A stretch of 64,000 nt of DNA from assembly GCA_001600815.1 (NCBI GenBank), contig BCKZ01000036.1, forward strand, positions 1-64,000, read 5' to 3'. Shown here in pieces: positions 10,065 to 20,513 of the stretch. How positions within the stretch are numbered: the first letter of the stretch is position 1; every line of letters starts with the position of its first letter. The DNA is from Alloascoidea hylecoeti. Its lineage: Eukaryota. The notes beneath the pieces are model-generated. The model had not been told where the DNA came from, did no database searches, and worked only from the letters and a program-made list of their open reading frames with translations. The translations under genes and the position numbers were made by a program.

Positions 10065-11459
10065 ATGGATCGATTTAATGCATCCACTCTTGAATCAAGC
10101 GCTGAAGCTAAACCTGGCAAATCTTCTCAGAATTCGAAGGATGCGACGAAACTGGTCGGCGGAGAACAGACACCTACTGGTGACGACCAATCTATCTCAC
10201 AGGCCGCCATTAACGAGAATCGTCCAAAGGTTACTACAACTCTTTGGGAGGATGAAAACACTCTATGTTACCAGGTGGAGGTTCGTGGCATTTTTGTGTC
10301 AAGACGCATGGATACTAATTTTATTAACGGAACAAAGCTTTTAAATCTTGCTGGTATGACAAGAGGAAAACGAGACGGGGTATTAAAATTTGTGCCCGTT
10401 AAGCAGGTCATTAAAATCGGCCCTATGGACCTGAAAGGTGTCTGGATTCCTTTTCAAAATGCTGTTGAGTTTGCAAAACACGAAAATATTTATGATGATT
10501 TATATCCATTGTTTGCAGAAGATATAAGGTCTGTGTTTGACAGAACAGGCGTGGTTAGGGATGGCGCATCTGAGAACCGAAGTTCTATTCCTGAAGCCGG
10601 AGCATACCCAATACACCCAAATGAAAACCCTAATACGATTTATTCTTCCGAGGAGCATAACTCAGTTAAAGCTAGATATATAAACGAAAGCTCTAAATCT
10701 ATGAGTGTTTTGATCTTCAGGCAGAGGAAGGACAAAACAAACAACCATAATTCATCAATTCAAAATAACATCACACCAAATCGTGCTTATAATTCTCTAG
10801 GACACCCTTCAAGACGAGTACAAGATGGTTTTCAAATCCCAACTGTTAATGGATATCGAGGCTATCCCCAACTCCATCAATATCCAAACTACTACCCACG
10901 TTTCCCACCTCAACCTCAAGGTATTGGAATTAATGGCTTTTTACCTCAGGCCCAATTTTCAGTGGCACGAATCTCATCCTCACATTTAGGATCTTGGAGA
11001 AGTCCAGGTATTAGGACTACTTTTCAAATTCCTCGACTCAGACAGGGAGCACAGGCATATGTATATGCCCCTGCATATCGAAACTACGGTTTTTACCCAT
11101 ACTCTCAAGGATCTCCAAGTATAAATTGTCAACACACTGACCCACCTCCACCATATAGTGTTTCCGCCTACAATTACAATCCACAGTCTATACCTCCAAA
11201 GGCTGCCGAAGAACAACAACCAATTGCAAATGAAGCTGAAAAAAACATTCAAACTAATATTCAGAATAATACTCAAGATGGTGATAAAGATATTCAAAAT
11301 AACAATAAAAATGGGCATCAAGAATTGGAATCAGAAACACAAACAGCATCATCATCTGATGAAACCAAAAGACTTCCTAAAAGACGTGGTAGAAGCCCAC
11401 AAAACGAATTAGAAGAAGCTTACATATTTAATTCTCTTAAGAAAGCTCGAAAGAGATAG
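10065..11459 (+). CDS. APSES-domain transcription factor, Efg1/StuA/Sok2/Phd1 family, copy 2
   Basis: RPKVTTTLWEDENTLCYQVEVRGIFVSRRMDTNFINGTKLLNLAGMTRGKRDGVLK; collinear with copy 1 over the full length. Confidence 0.92.
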   Translation: MDRFNASTLESSAEAKPGKSSQNSKDATKLVGGEQTPTGDDQSISQAAINENRPKVTTTLWEDENTLCYQVEVRGIFVSRRMDTNFINGTKLLNLAGMTRGKRDGVLKFVPVKQVIKIGPMDLKGVWIPFQNAVEFAKHENIYDDLYPLFAEDIRSVFDRTGVVRDGASENRSSIPEAGAYPIHPNENPNTIYSSEEHNSVKARYINESSKSMSVLIFRQRKDKTNNHNSSIQNNITPNRAYNSLGHPSRRVQDGFQIPTVNGYRGYPQLHQYPNYYPRFPPQPQGIGINGFLPQAQFSVARISSSHLGSWRSPGIRTTFQIPRLRQGAQAYVYAPAYRNYGFYPYSQGSPSINCQHTDPPPPYSVSAYNYNPQSIPPKAAEEQQPIANEAEKNIQTNIQNNTQDGDKDIQNNNKNGHQELESETQTASSSDETKRLPKRRGRSPQNELEEAYIFNSLKKARKR

Positions 11460-11789
11460 ATTGGAATAAGATAGTTATATAATTTCGATATAAGCAAATA
11501 TATTTTTCTCATTGATAGGTATGGATACATGATTTTGAAGCAAGTAAAGTTAATACATCCAACTTCTGACCGTATAATGGAGTACCTTTGAATCGCATAA
11601 ATGTATGATAATAACTTAGTTGGGTTTATCATTTATATTTATCTAATATTAGAAAGTGTTTTGTGTTTGAAAAAATACCAGTGAATGTATAGTTAGAAAT
11701 TTTCTTCAAAATAAAGCTAGAAGAGCTCTAAGAAGACTTCTTATTCATCAATTAAAACTTACTATTTAAAAATTTATATAAAATATAAG

Positions 11790-12730
11790 ATCAACATACA
11801 AATATTTCAACCTTTGTTCGTTAAATGTTCGGTGAAATCATAAAAATCAATATCATTCCCTTTAGTAAAAATTACCATCCTTTTTGAATCAACATAAATT
11901 GATGAAAGAAAACATATACATTGTTTTGAATATTCTTTTAATAATTTTTGATCATTTAAATTCCAAATCTTAATGTTATATTATTATTATCACTTATACA
12001 AAAATTGTAAACTTGCTCATCAGATAATTTACTTATTAGTTCGTTTGTTCGAAAATTCCTAACTGTTATTTTGTTGTATTCACTAACAGATAATTTTTGA
12101 TCCTTTACTCTCATACAAATTATTTCATGATCAAATCGGATCTTTTGGATTTCTTGACCAGTTTCAATATCCCAAGTTGTTACAACATTATATCCTGCAC
12201 TACATATAATATAATCATCAATGCAAATACTTTTAAAGATCATTTCTCCTTTTAAGAGGTGTTGTAAATTGAATTGTGGTTGATGTTCAAAATTATCGTA
12301 ACTTGATTTCCAAACCCCAATATAGCCATGCTCATTATAATCATGGTATATAGCAACATCAATTATAAATATATCAATATCAATTACTCCTGGTATTATT
12401 AAACGATGTATTGGTTTCAAATCCGGTAATTTCCAAATTATACAAGAACCATCAGTTATCATTAATGTTCATGCAACTAACTTCAACAATATGAAATTCG
12501 GTATCAATATCTTTTGATTCTAATAGTTCCATTAGTTAAAATTTTTCTTTTAGTGTCTCGACATTTAGTATCTTTAGTAGTCTTAAAATCTCAGGAGTTG
12601 ACTCTCCCAAAATTCTTAAAGATTGAAAACTTTCGCTATCCCAAATTTTTATTGTACCATTTTTTGAACCAGATAAAATCCAATTTTTAAAATTTTCAGC
12701 ACATTATGCGTTTAAAGAACACTGATCAAA
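11790..12730 (-). pseudogene. F-box/WD40 copy 4: WD40 portion only, with stops and deletions
   Basis: KNWILSGSKNGTIKIWD, DGSCIIWKLPDLKP and a terminal FYDF; in-frame TAA stops; F-box region absent. Confidence 0.85.
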
Positions 12731-13167
12731 TTCAGGTATTGGGATTATGTTTTCAAATATTGTAGCATCACCATAAAAAGTTGCGGAACTGCTAAAAACA
12801 ATTTCATTAATGTTATGAGCTTTCATCACCTTTAAATACTGTATTATACCATTAACATTATTATCATAGTAAGATAGTGGAATAACACTTGATTCACCAA
12901 CAGCCTTTAAACCAGCAAAATCAATAACAGCTTTAACGTTTTGATATTTACTAAAAACTTCATTTAGGATTATAATCTCTTAAGTCTGTCTTATGATATG
13001 GAATCTTTTGTTTTGTAATTAATTCAATTCTGTGGATTGCTTCTGGAGATAAATTACTGAAAATTATGAACAATAATGGGTTTATAACCATTTAAACATA
13101 CTTGAACAACTGTATGAGAGCCAATATACCCAGTACCACCCATAACAATGATTAATTCTCCAGCCAT
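12731..13167 (-). pseudogene. GAL10: 5' ~140 codons of UDP-glucose 4-epimerase, frameshifted
   Basis: MAGELIIVMGGTGYIGSHTVVQ..., VIDFAGLKAVGESSVIPLSYYDNNVNG, VFSSSATFYGDATIFENIIPIPE. Frameshifts near 13060 and 12965. Missed by the ORF track. Confidence 0.9.
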
Positions 13168-13229
13168 CCTTTATAATTTAGGTAATTTATAATTCCTTGA
13201 CAATAAATTCGAAAATAGATCAACTTTAA

Positions 13230-13760
13230 GGTCAATGGATCGGATAAAATATATTACAGATGACAAAGTGTATACTAATAATAGTGAAAATCTCGCTTGA
13301 TGAATACTTGAAAGATGAAGAATTAATTGAACATGACTATGTCATGCGATTATTGTTAACCACAGTGTGCACGGAGGCACAAGGTTATATTGATACTGAG
13401 AAAGGAGCCAAATAATCTTATGAAAAAAAATATATTAGCAATGTATAAACAAGAAATAACAGTACCTGATTTATTAAATGAATTATACAAATGACGGAAC
13501 TGAAGAGAGTGTCCTGAGTTTTACAAGTAGGTATAACAAATTAATAACAGAGGAAAAGTGGTCTAGTATTCAATGAACAAATAAACCGCGACTTTACTTT
13601 CTAAATTAACTGGTAAATTTAGAAAATTTACAGACAACATTTACAACAATACAGAAAATGAAGCGAGTAATATCTCAATGGAAGAAGTAGTAGCTCGTAT
13701 AAGACGATTAGCCTTAGTAAATCAAAACGACAATGGAACAACTGTTATCGCAAATATACT
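13230..13760 (+). mobile_element. Probable LTR-retrotransposon gag relic (copia/UBN2-like)
   Basis: Broken frames give DGTEESVLSFTSRYNKLI, SKLTGKFRKFTDNI and SMEEVVARIRR, resembling copia gag. No LTR, PBS or pol recognised. Confidence 0.4.
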
Positions 13761-14871
13761 TAGGATGTTGAAGGACTCTTCCAAATGTATGACAAGTCTT
13801 GAGTGGGAGGTGGACAATATACTAATACAATTATACCAGTGGCTAGTCAAGGTCTCAAAATCTAACTCTTGCAAGACTATTTATTTTATGATATAAGTTC
13901 ATATACAGTATAGTTTTTGTTTACAATTTTTATTCGGCAAACAAAAATATTCTTCTCGAGAGTAGAAGTTTTTATTTTCAGTTAGAGTCTTCGATAATGG
14001 GAGAATCTACCATTGGGGGTGACTTTGAAGAGTAGATTTTGAGATACCAATTATTTTGTCGACTTTCCTACACGACACCTGCTATTTTCTTTCTGGAATT
14101 ATTCTATATCTCAATTTTCTGAACTCGTTTACGTGTGATTTTGACCGCTAGTGATGATTAGGTGGTTTTAAAAAGAGGAGGAAATTTTGAGCTGCAAATT
14201 TTAGCAAATTTTTAGCACCTTGGGGTGGGTCGGACATATTTTTAAATCTCATCAATTCTCATTTCCTACTACAGCGCTTGCATTAAAAAGACATCTAACA
14301 CATAGAATTCTATTTATTCCTATAAGGAACTTTCTAGTTAATAGTGGAATGCTTAAAATTTTGTTTTAAGATTAAAATGGGTGAGTCTTGCACTCAATAC
14401 GCTAAATCGTAGAAGAACGCTCACAACTACAATAACTTTCACAAAAATAAACATATATTATTAGAATTATAAAATTAGATAGATTTTAACGTTAGTATTT
14501 GAAATAATTTATCTTTTGTTGTTGCTTTTGTGCTTCCTGATCGCAACAGAACAATGTTGTGGCATTGGAGATGCTAGTTTGTGGAGTTATCTTACCCTGC
14601 ATAAAAAATCCCAGTAAAATCAAAATATTAACAGAATAAAATTTACAAAAATGTAAGCAATAACTCAGTATCTCTGGAATATTATATGAGCAATATGGTG
14701 ATATTTCTCTTCTGTAACAAATATAGGTGTAATTATTTTGACTTCATTTTCTTATGATTAAAACTTCAAACGTACCAAAATAGAAATAAATAAAATATAA
14801 GATCATATTATGAAAAAGTTAACTATGAGACAATTTTAACATTTTAAAATTCAATTTATTTCATTCGATTC

Positions 14872-16067
14872 TTAATTATATAATTTCGTCATTCGTTTCT
14901 GTACCATTCTTATCATTAACTTTTTTTTCTCCTTCATTTCTTCAATTTCTTTTGAATTCAAATTTGATTGAGTAATTACTTGTTCAACATATTTCCCGGA
15001 TAGACCTTTTTTAATAGTTGTTAAAGTTTGTTCTTTTTCATCATATGATTTCCCGAGATAAATATCTTGCATAATAGTAGCTGTTAACTCTCTTAAATGA
15101 ACTTTTGATTCCTTTGAATTTTGTTGATTTTGTAACTGTAATTTAATTTTAATAGTCTTCATCAAATCCAAAATATGAGAACATGACATTCTTGAGTTTT
15201 CATCTTTTAACATATTATTGGTCCTTACAACCCGTGATTCGGCACGAGATCGGGAATTTGAAATATTTCGATTTTGGGAAACACAGTTAGATTCTGGATG
15301 GTAGTCTATCTTGGTAATATACCAATATCCCTTGGGCTGCATAATGTGTTGATTTTCTGGGACTATTTCTTCAGCAATCTAAGATTACGTTAGAATGTAT
15401 TATAATATTATTATGTTATAATTAGCATATAACGACTATAATATTAGTAAAAAGTCATACGTACCCATTTAGCTGTGAACAACGATTTATCACATTTCTT
15501 ACAATAATATGAAAAATTCGCATCATGACCAGAACTAGTCTTTCTTAAACCATGTGCTCTTAATTGTCGTAAATTAACATTATATTTTGCTGTAAAAAAT
15601 AACCACATTGAAAATTTCATCTCTTCAACTGTTGAACAATAATCATCCTTTTTTAAATTTAAATATGAAATACAATGCCAGAACCAAGCTCTTGTTTCTT
15701 TAAAGTCACAGGGATATGTTACTACTGTATTATCTCTTAAAATAAGGTCGAGTTGATATGGTTTAATATGCTGTGGCGGTTGAATTGGAAATTGGTTCCA
15801 CATAAGAGTTCTAAAGTTAGAAGTAGGAGGTGACATAGGTGAACTTGAATCTGAATTAGAACTTAAACTTGGAATTGGGCTCATTTGCAATTCCATTCCG
15901 TTCATACTGGATATTGACCCATCTTCTTCCACCCTTGTTGAATCCAAAGAATGATTAGAAATATCTGCATTATCTCCGTATGGTATTTCATAAAAATTGG
16001 ATGAAATTTTCCTAGGACTAACTCCTACGGTATATTTGGATTTACAATTGTAGTCTTCCATTCTCAT
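14872..16067 (-). CDS. Two-exon hypothetical protein (exons 16067-15465, 15378-14872), possible Zn-binding DNA-binding domain
   Basis: Intron 15464-15379 (GTACGT...TTCTAAC...TAG) joins the 207-aa and 156-aa ORFs in frame: YYCKKCDKSLFTAKW|IAEEIVPENQHIMQPKGYWYITKIDYHPESNC. Confidence 0.7.
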
Positions 16068-17996
16068 TGCAGTATATTCAATTGAAAAACAAGTTACAAA
16101 TATTGGGATATGAAATAGTTTAAATATGTCAGAATCGGGGCTGTCCTAATTTTTGTGTTGTCTATAATTAAGCTATAGTATAACAAGTAATTATAAATTT
16201 ATATTTTTCCCACAAACAACAGACCCAAAAAAATTATATTAATAAAAGAGATGTATATATATACGTATTTTAAGCATGCATACACACTCTAATTTTATTT
16301 AATGAATATTTTAATTAGTATATTATTATTTTGAATAATAGTCTCGATAAATAAAAAGAAGCTCATGGATCCTATTATACTCAAATAATTATACGAGTAA
16401 CACCCTAATACAATATCTTTAAATTTTCCATTTGTGATTTTTCCAAGCATTGTTTTATAAATATTACTAAGTATAATAAGCAATATATAATTGATGACTC
16501 CCTATACAAATACAAGCTTTTGGTCATAGTGTTGGGGGCTTAAACCTGAAAAGTTGTACATGTTGATGATCATTATGGCCATAGAACACTTGTTTATTCA
16601 AAGGTTGTGTGCAATTGCAATAATAATTACCTTCAGCTGATCATATGCATCTACGGCATTTAAAGTTAGTCTGCATTTGATCTTTTTCAATAACCGCTAT
16701 CAATCTACAGAAATTGTACAATATGAAAAAGACTTATTATAATTCCAACAGGTCCGTTGCTGTTGGAAATCGACTTTATGGCAGTGTATGTTCTTCATTG
16801 TATGTAGAATACATGCCATGCTGTATAAAAGTAACTGTTCTGTTCTATTGTAGATCCTGACATGGAAAAGCTTTTCGTTATTAGAAATATCGCTGCGTTT
16901 CGTTATGTTTCCGTCATTTTAAAGCGAGCCGTTTATGTCTAGAACACCACCGAGTCAAATTACTCGGATGAATGCCACAATATCGTTCTGCTAGAATTAT
17001 TAATTACAAGTGTGGTTGCAATATTGGCTGTTAAGTTTTAACTAAGGGAAAAAATAGTTTTACAAAACCAGTAGCATAATGTATTAATATGTAACACCAA
17101 TTATACCACCATAGAAAATCCCCTCAATCTCACGATTCTGAATTTCTGATATTTGTCGTTATGGTGTAACATTGCCTCTACGAATTTGCTTGCATATTGG
17201 GATATTATAATTAGTGACATCCCCATAGTTAGTTTCAGTATAAAATTACTATGCATATGTTATATATTGGTTCACAATAAGTTAATCAGCTTTTTGGCCT
17301 AGCGGCTAGATACAGGCATTTGACATATATAAATATATTCGTATCCTCCTTTTCTGTCGTATGAGACAGCCAAACCCGGGAAATGACATACAAAACTTAC
17401 GGAAAATACCGTTTATATAAGTGATGATTTTATTTTTATATACTTTCACCTTTAAGAGAGAATTGAATATATCAAGTTTCGGTCTATACAAAGGAAATCT
17501 TTAATTTATACCAAGTTATCAATCCAGCAAAGAATCATAAGAGTCCTGATATTGACACGATCCATATATTTCATCATTTTTGATTAAGTTATTGTTTCTA
17601 TTTTGATTTTGAGATTGTTAGTTTATTGTTGACAAATTTACTTGGTAGCCCGACACTTAATAAAGACCATGTTCCGCTTTATAACTTTAAGTTTCGATCA
17701 CTATTATATCAAATCTCCCCATACACATTTTCTTTGTTGTCTCCGGAGAATTGTGTAAAACCAAGGCTTTCCCTTTCTTAGATCTCCGGATTTCACTAAT
17801 AACTTTTAAGGAACTTCCAAGAACTGTATTGGAAATATGAGCTTTACGTATTGATAAAGCTAAAACTAGTGGAGAATGTTCTCTACCTAATTATGAAACT
17901 ATTACCTTTTCATCGTCATTTTTAACATCTATTGAAAAATCAACGTTACTCTTTCAACTAAATTAATGTTAGTGATATATAATAGAGCTAGCTATG

Positions 17997-20276
17997 CTAA
18001 AAAGTTTCTAAACTTTTCATAAATTCAATAACAACATTTGAAGTTGTTACTTTTTTCATATTTAAATTATAAACCTCCAATCGATCTCTACTAACAGCCC
18101 TTGAAAGTGCAACATAAACCTGACCATCTTCAAAAGCTTTACCTAAATCAACCCTAACACGATCTAATGTTTGCCCTTGAGCTTTATGAATAGATAGCGC
18201 CCATGCTAAAATTAAAGGAAATTGTTGTCTACCTAAAACCATTACTTTTTCATTATCTTTATTTTTTTTCTCTTCAATTGAAAAATCAACCCTTTCAACT
18301 AAATGATAACATGGTTTTTCAGTTCCAAATATAGTAAATTTAACAAAAGGTTTTAATTCTTCTTTTGTTGAAATTCTTGCTATATTACGTAATAAATCAA
18401 ATCTTGTTCCTCTAGTTTTATTCATTAATTTAATCTTTTTTTGAATATCTTGGGATAGTTCACCATCATTTCCAATTAATCCTGCAATTATTTCTAAATC
18501 ATCTAATAATTCTTTACCAATTTTATCGTTTGAATTATAAATTGAATCAAGCTGAAAAAATTCATTACCATTATTAATACCAATCATAAAGTTTTCTAAT
18601 GCATGTTTTATATTATCAGTTAAAAACCCAATAACGATACCTAATGTACCATTAACTAATGATAAATTATTTATATCATTTTTAATTAACATAACTTGAG
18701 TATTTCTTTTTAATGATAAATTTTTAGGAGCCATTACTGATTTATCAATTTGCTTTAAACTTTGATCGGGACCAAAATCTTTTGAAATAAATGAAAAACT
18801 TTTACCAGGTAATTTTAATGATCTTAAATTATTTGCTTTTTCAACTTGAGTTTTTATTGCATATAATTCAGTTGGTTCAATACCATCATGATATTCAACT
18901 TTTCTTTCTAATGATTTTAAAATTCTCATATGTGTTGGTGTTATAATACCGATTCTTAAATTATTTAATAAATCGATAAATTCTTGATCACCTTTTTGCC
19001 TAAATACTTCAGTTAACATAATTGTTTTATTTAATGATGATTTCCATGATGATGAATTAAAACAAAAAATATCATCTTTTTTGTTTGATGATGTAATAAC
19101 TGGTGGTAATTGAAAAAAATCACCAGTTAAAACAATTTGAATTCCACCAAATGGTTTGCTATTACCTTTAACAACCCTACCAATATTTTCTAAAACTGTA
19201 AACATTTTATTACTAACCATTGAGACTTCATCAATAATTAAAACTTTAACATGTCTCCATCTTTCTTTTGAATGTCTTGAATTTGCAGCCTTTTTAACAA
19301 TATTATCAATTGAACCTTCACATATTCCAATTCCTGCAAATCTATTAATTGTTGTACCACCAATTGTAACAGCAGCTAAACCAGTTGGTGCGGTAATTGC
19401 AATTGCTCTTTCATCAAAAAAATATTTTGATTTTAATTTTGATATAATTTTTTGTAATAATATTGTTTTTCCTGTACCTGCTGATCCTGTATAAAAAACA
19501 CTTTTACCATCCATAACATATTCTAATACTTTTTCTTGTTGATTACTTAATTTAATTTTATTTGAGGAAATAAAATTATTATTTGATGTAAATTTATTAT
19601 TTGTTATTAAATCAACTTGACTACCTGGAGCAGGTAATCGAAGTTTTTTTCTTTTAGTTGATTCTGAAGAACTTTCTTCCCATGCATATCTTTTTTTAGT
19701 TAATGGTTTATCATTACCAGATCCAGAAGTTAATTTTTGACCTCCAACATTAAGACTTGATATGATACTTGGCTCTTCATCTATATTAATGACCGAATGT
19801 TTATTTATAGCAGAATGATTATTATAAAAAGGTTTTCGTATTTCTATTTCATCATCAGAATCAGATAATTGAATAATATCTTGGTTTTTAATATTTGGTC
19901 GTGATTTAATACTTGAATAGTTTATATTATCATTAAGGGGTAAAGCATCAGAATCAGAATCAGAACCTTTAATCTCAAATGATCCATCAAACATAGGTTT
20001 CAAAATAGGTTTTAGTAAACCAACTTTACTACTTTCTCCTTCATCAAGATGAAAATCCCTTAATCTAGTCTGTTGTTGTGGTTTGAAATATGATGAATCT
20101 GAGGATTTTGAATTTAAACTTGAAGTTGAATTTGTACCAAAGAAACTTTTCCTTCCAATTGTTGACGACTTCTTTGAAATTGGAGATTTTTGCAATGATG
20201 ATAATGTTGATTGTTTAGGAGCTCTCTTTTTAGTCTTACTATTACTTTGAAATCGATTATTTTCACTGCGAAACAT
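17997..20276 (-). CDS. RRM3: Pif1-family 5'-3' DNA helicase, most like Rrm3
   Basis: TGSAGTGKT, LIIDEVSMV, GDFFQLPPV, SIHKAQGQTL, GQVYVALSRA. Start MFRS and N-terminal QSTLSS recall Rrm3. The ORF's upstream 26 codons overlap promoter motifs. Confidence 0.85.
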   Translation of the reverse strand: MFRSENNRFQSNSKTKKRAPKQSTLSSLQKSPISKKSSTIGRKSFFGTNSTSSLNSKSSDSSYFKPQQQTRLRDFHLDEGESSKVGLLKPILKPMFDGSFEIKGSDSDSDALPLNDNINYSSIKSRPNIKNQDIIQLSDSDDEIEIRKPFYNNHSAINKHSVINIDEEPSIISSLNVGGQKLTSGSGNDKPLTKKRYAWEESSSESTKRKKLRLPAPGSQVDLITNNKFTSNNNFISSNKIKLSNQQEKVLEYVMDGKSVFYTGSAGTGKTILLQKIISKLKSKYFFDERAIAITAPTGLAAVTIGGTTINRFAGIGICEGSIDNIVKKAANSRHSKERWRHVKVLIIDEVSMVSNKMFTVLENIGRVVKGNSKPFGGIQIVLTGDFFQLPPVITSSNKKDDIFCFNSSSWKSSLNKTIMLTEVFRQKGDQEFIDLLNNLRIGIITPTHMRILKSLERKVEYHDGIEPTELYAIKTQVEKANNLRSLKLPGKSFSFISKDFGPDQSLKQIDKSVMAPKNLSLKRNTQVMLIKNDINNLSLVNGTLGIVIGFLTDNIKHALENFMIGINNGNEFFQLDSIYNSNDKIGKELLDDLEIIAGLIGNDGELSQDIQKKIKLMNKTRGTRFDLLRNIARISTKEELKPFVKFTIFGTEKPCYHLVERVDFSIEEKKNKDNEKVMVLGRQQFPLILAWALSIHKAQGQTLDRVRVDLGKAFEDGQVYVALSRAVSRDRLEVYNLNMKKVTTSNVVIEFMKSLETF

Positions 20277-20299
20277 TATATTGAAGAGTAAGTGAATAC

Positions 20300-20425
20300 A
20301 AACACGAAACGCGAAAACACAAACACGAAAATCCCATTGCTGCATTACTAACACATTACGTCACAATATCACGTGGATATCACCTCACGTGATCAAACTT
20401 TCAACTTCTTTTTTGAAGAGTCACA
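20300..20425. promoter_or_regulatory. Compact divergent RRM3/THR1 promoter: 3 SCB-like sites, CRE-like site, 2 E-boxes, Gcn4-like site
   Basis: CACGAAA 20303 and 20324; CGCGAAA 20310; TTACGTCA 20356; TCACGTG 20369 and 20385; GAGTCA 20418. Confidence 0.6.
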
Positions 20426-20513
20426 AAATATAAAACGGCCATCGAGAAATTTAAGAAACAAGGAACAACAAATTTTAACAAATTTCAACTTCAACAAATT
20501 TATGTTTTAAAAA

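Noticed and set aside
2495..14000. Fanzor/TnpB nuclease associated with the Tc1 relic
   Set aside because: No RuvC-like motifs or zinc finger seen in the ORF track or in the relics I translated by hand.
16530..16770. Solo LTR TGTTGG...CCAACA and adjacent TTCCAACA/TGTTGGAA inverted repeat
   Set aside because: No target-site duplication (catag vs ggtcc) and no second copy in the window.
17419..17550. C/D box snoRNA (GTGATGA...CTGA)
   Set aside because: No terminal stem or recognisable rRNA guide; such boxes are common by chance in AT-rich DNA.
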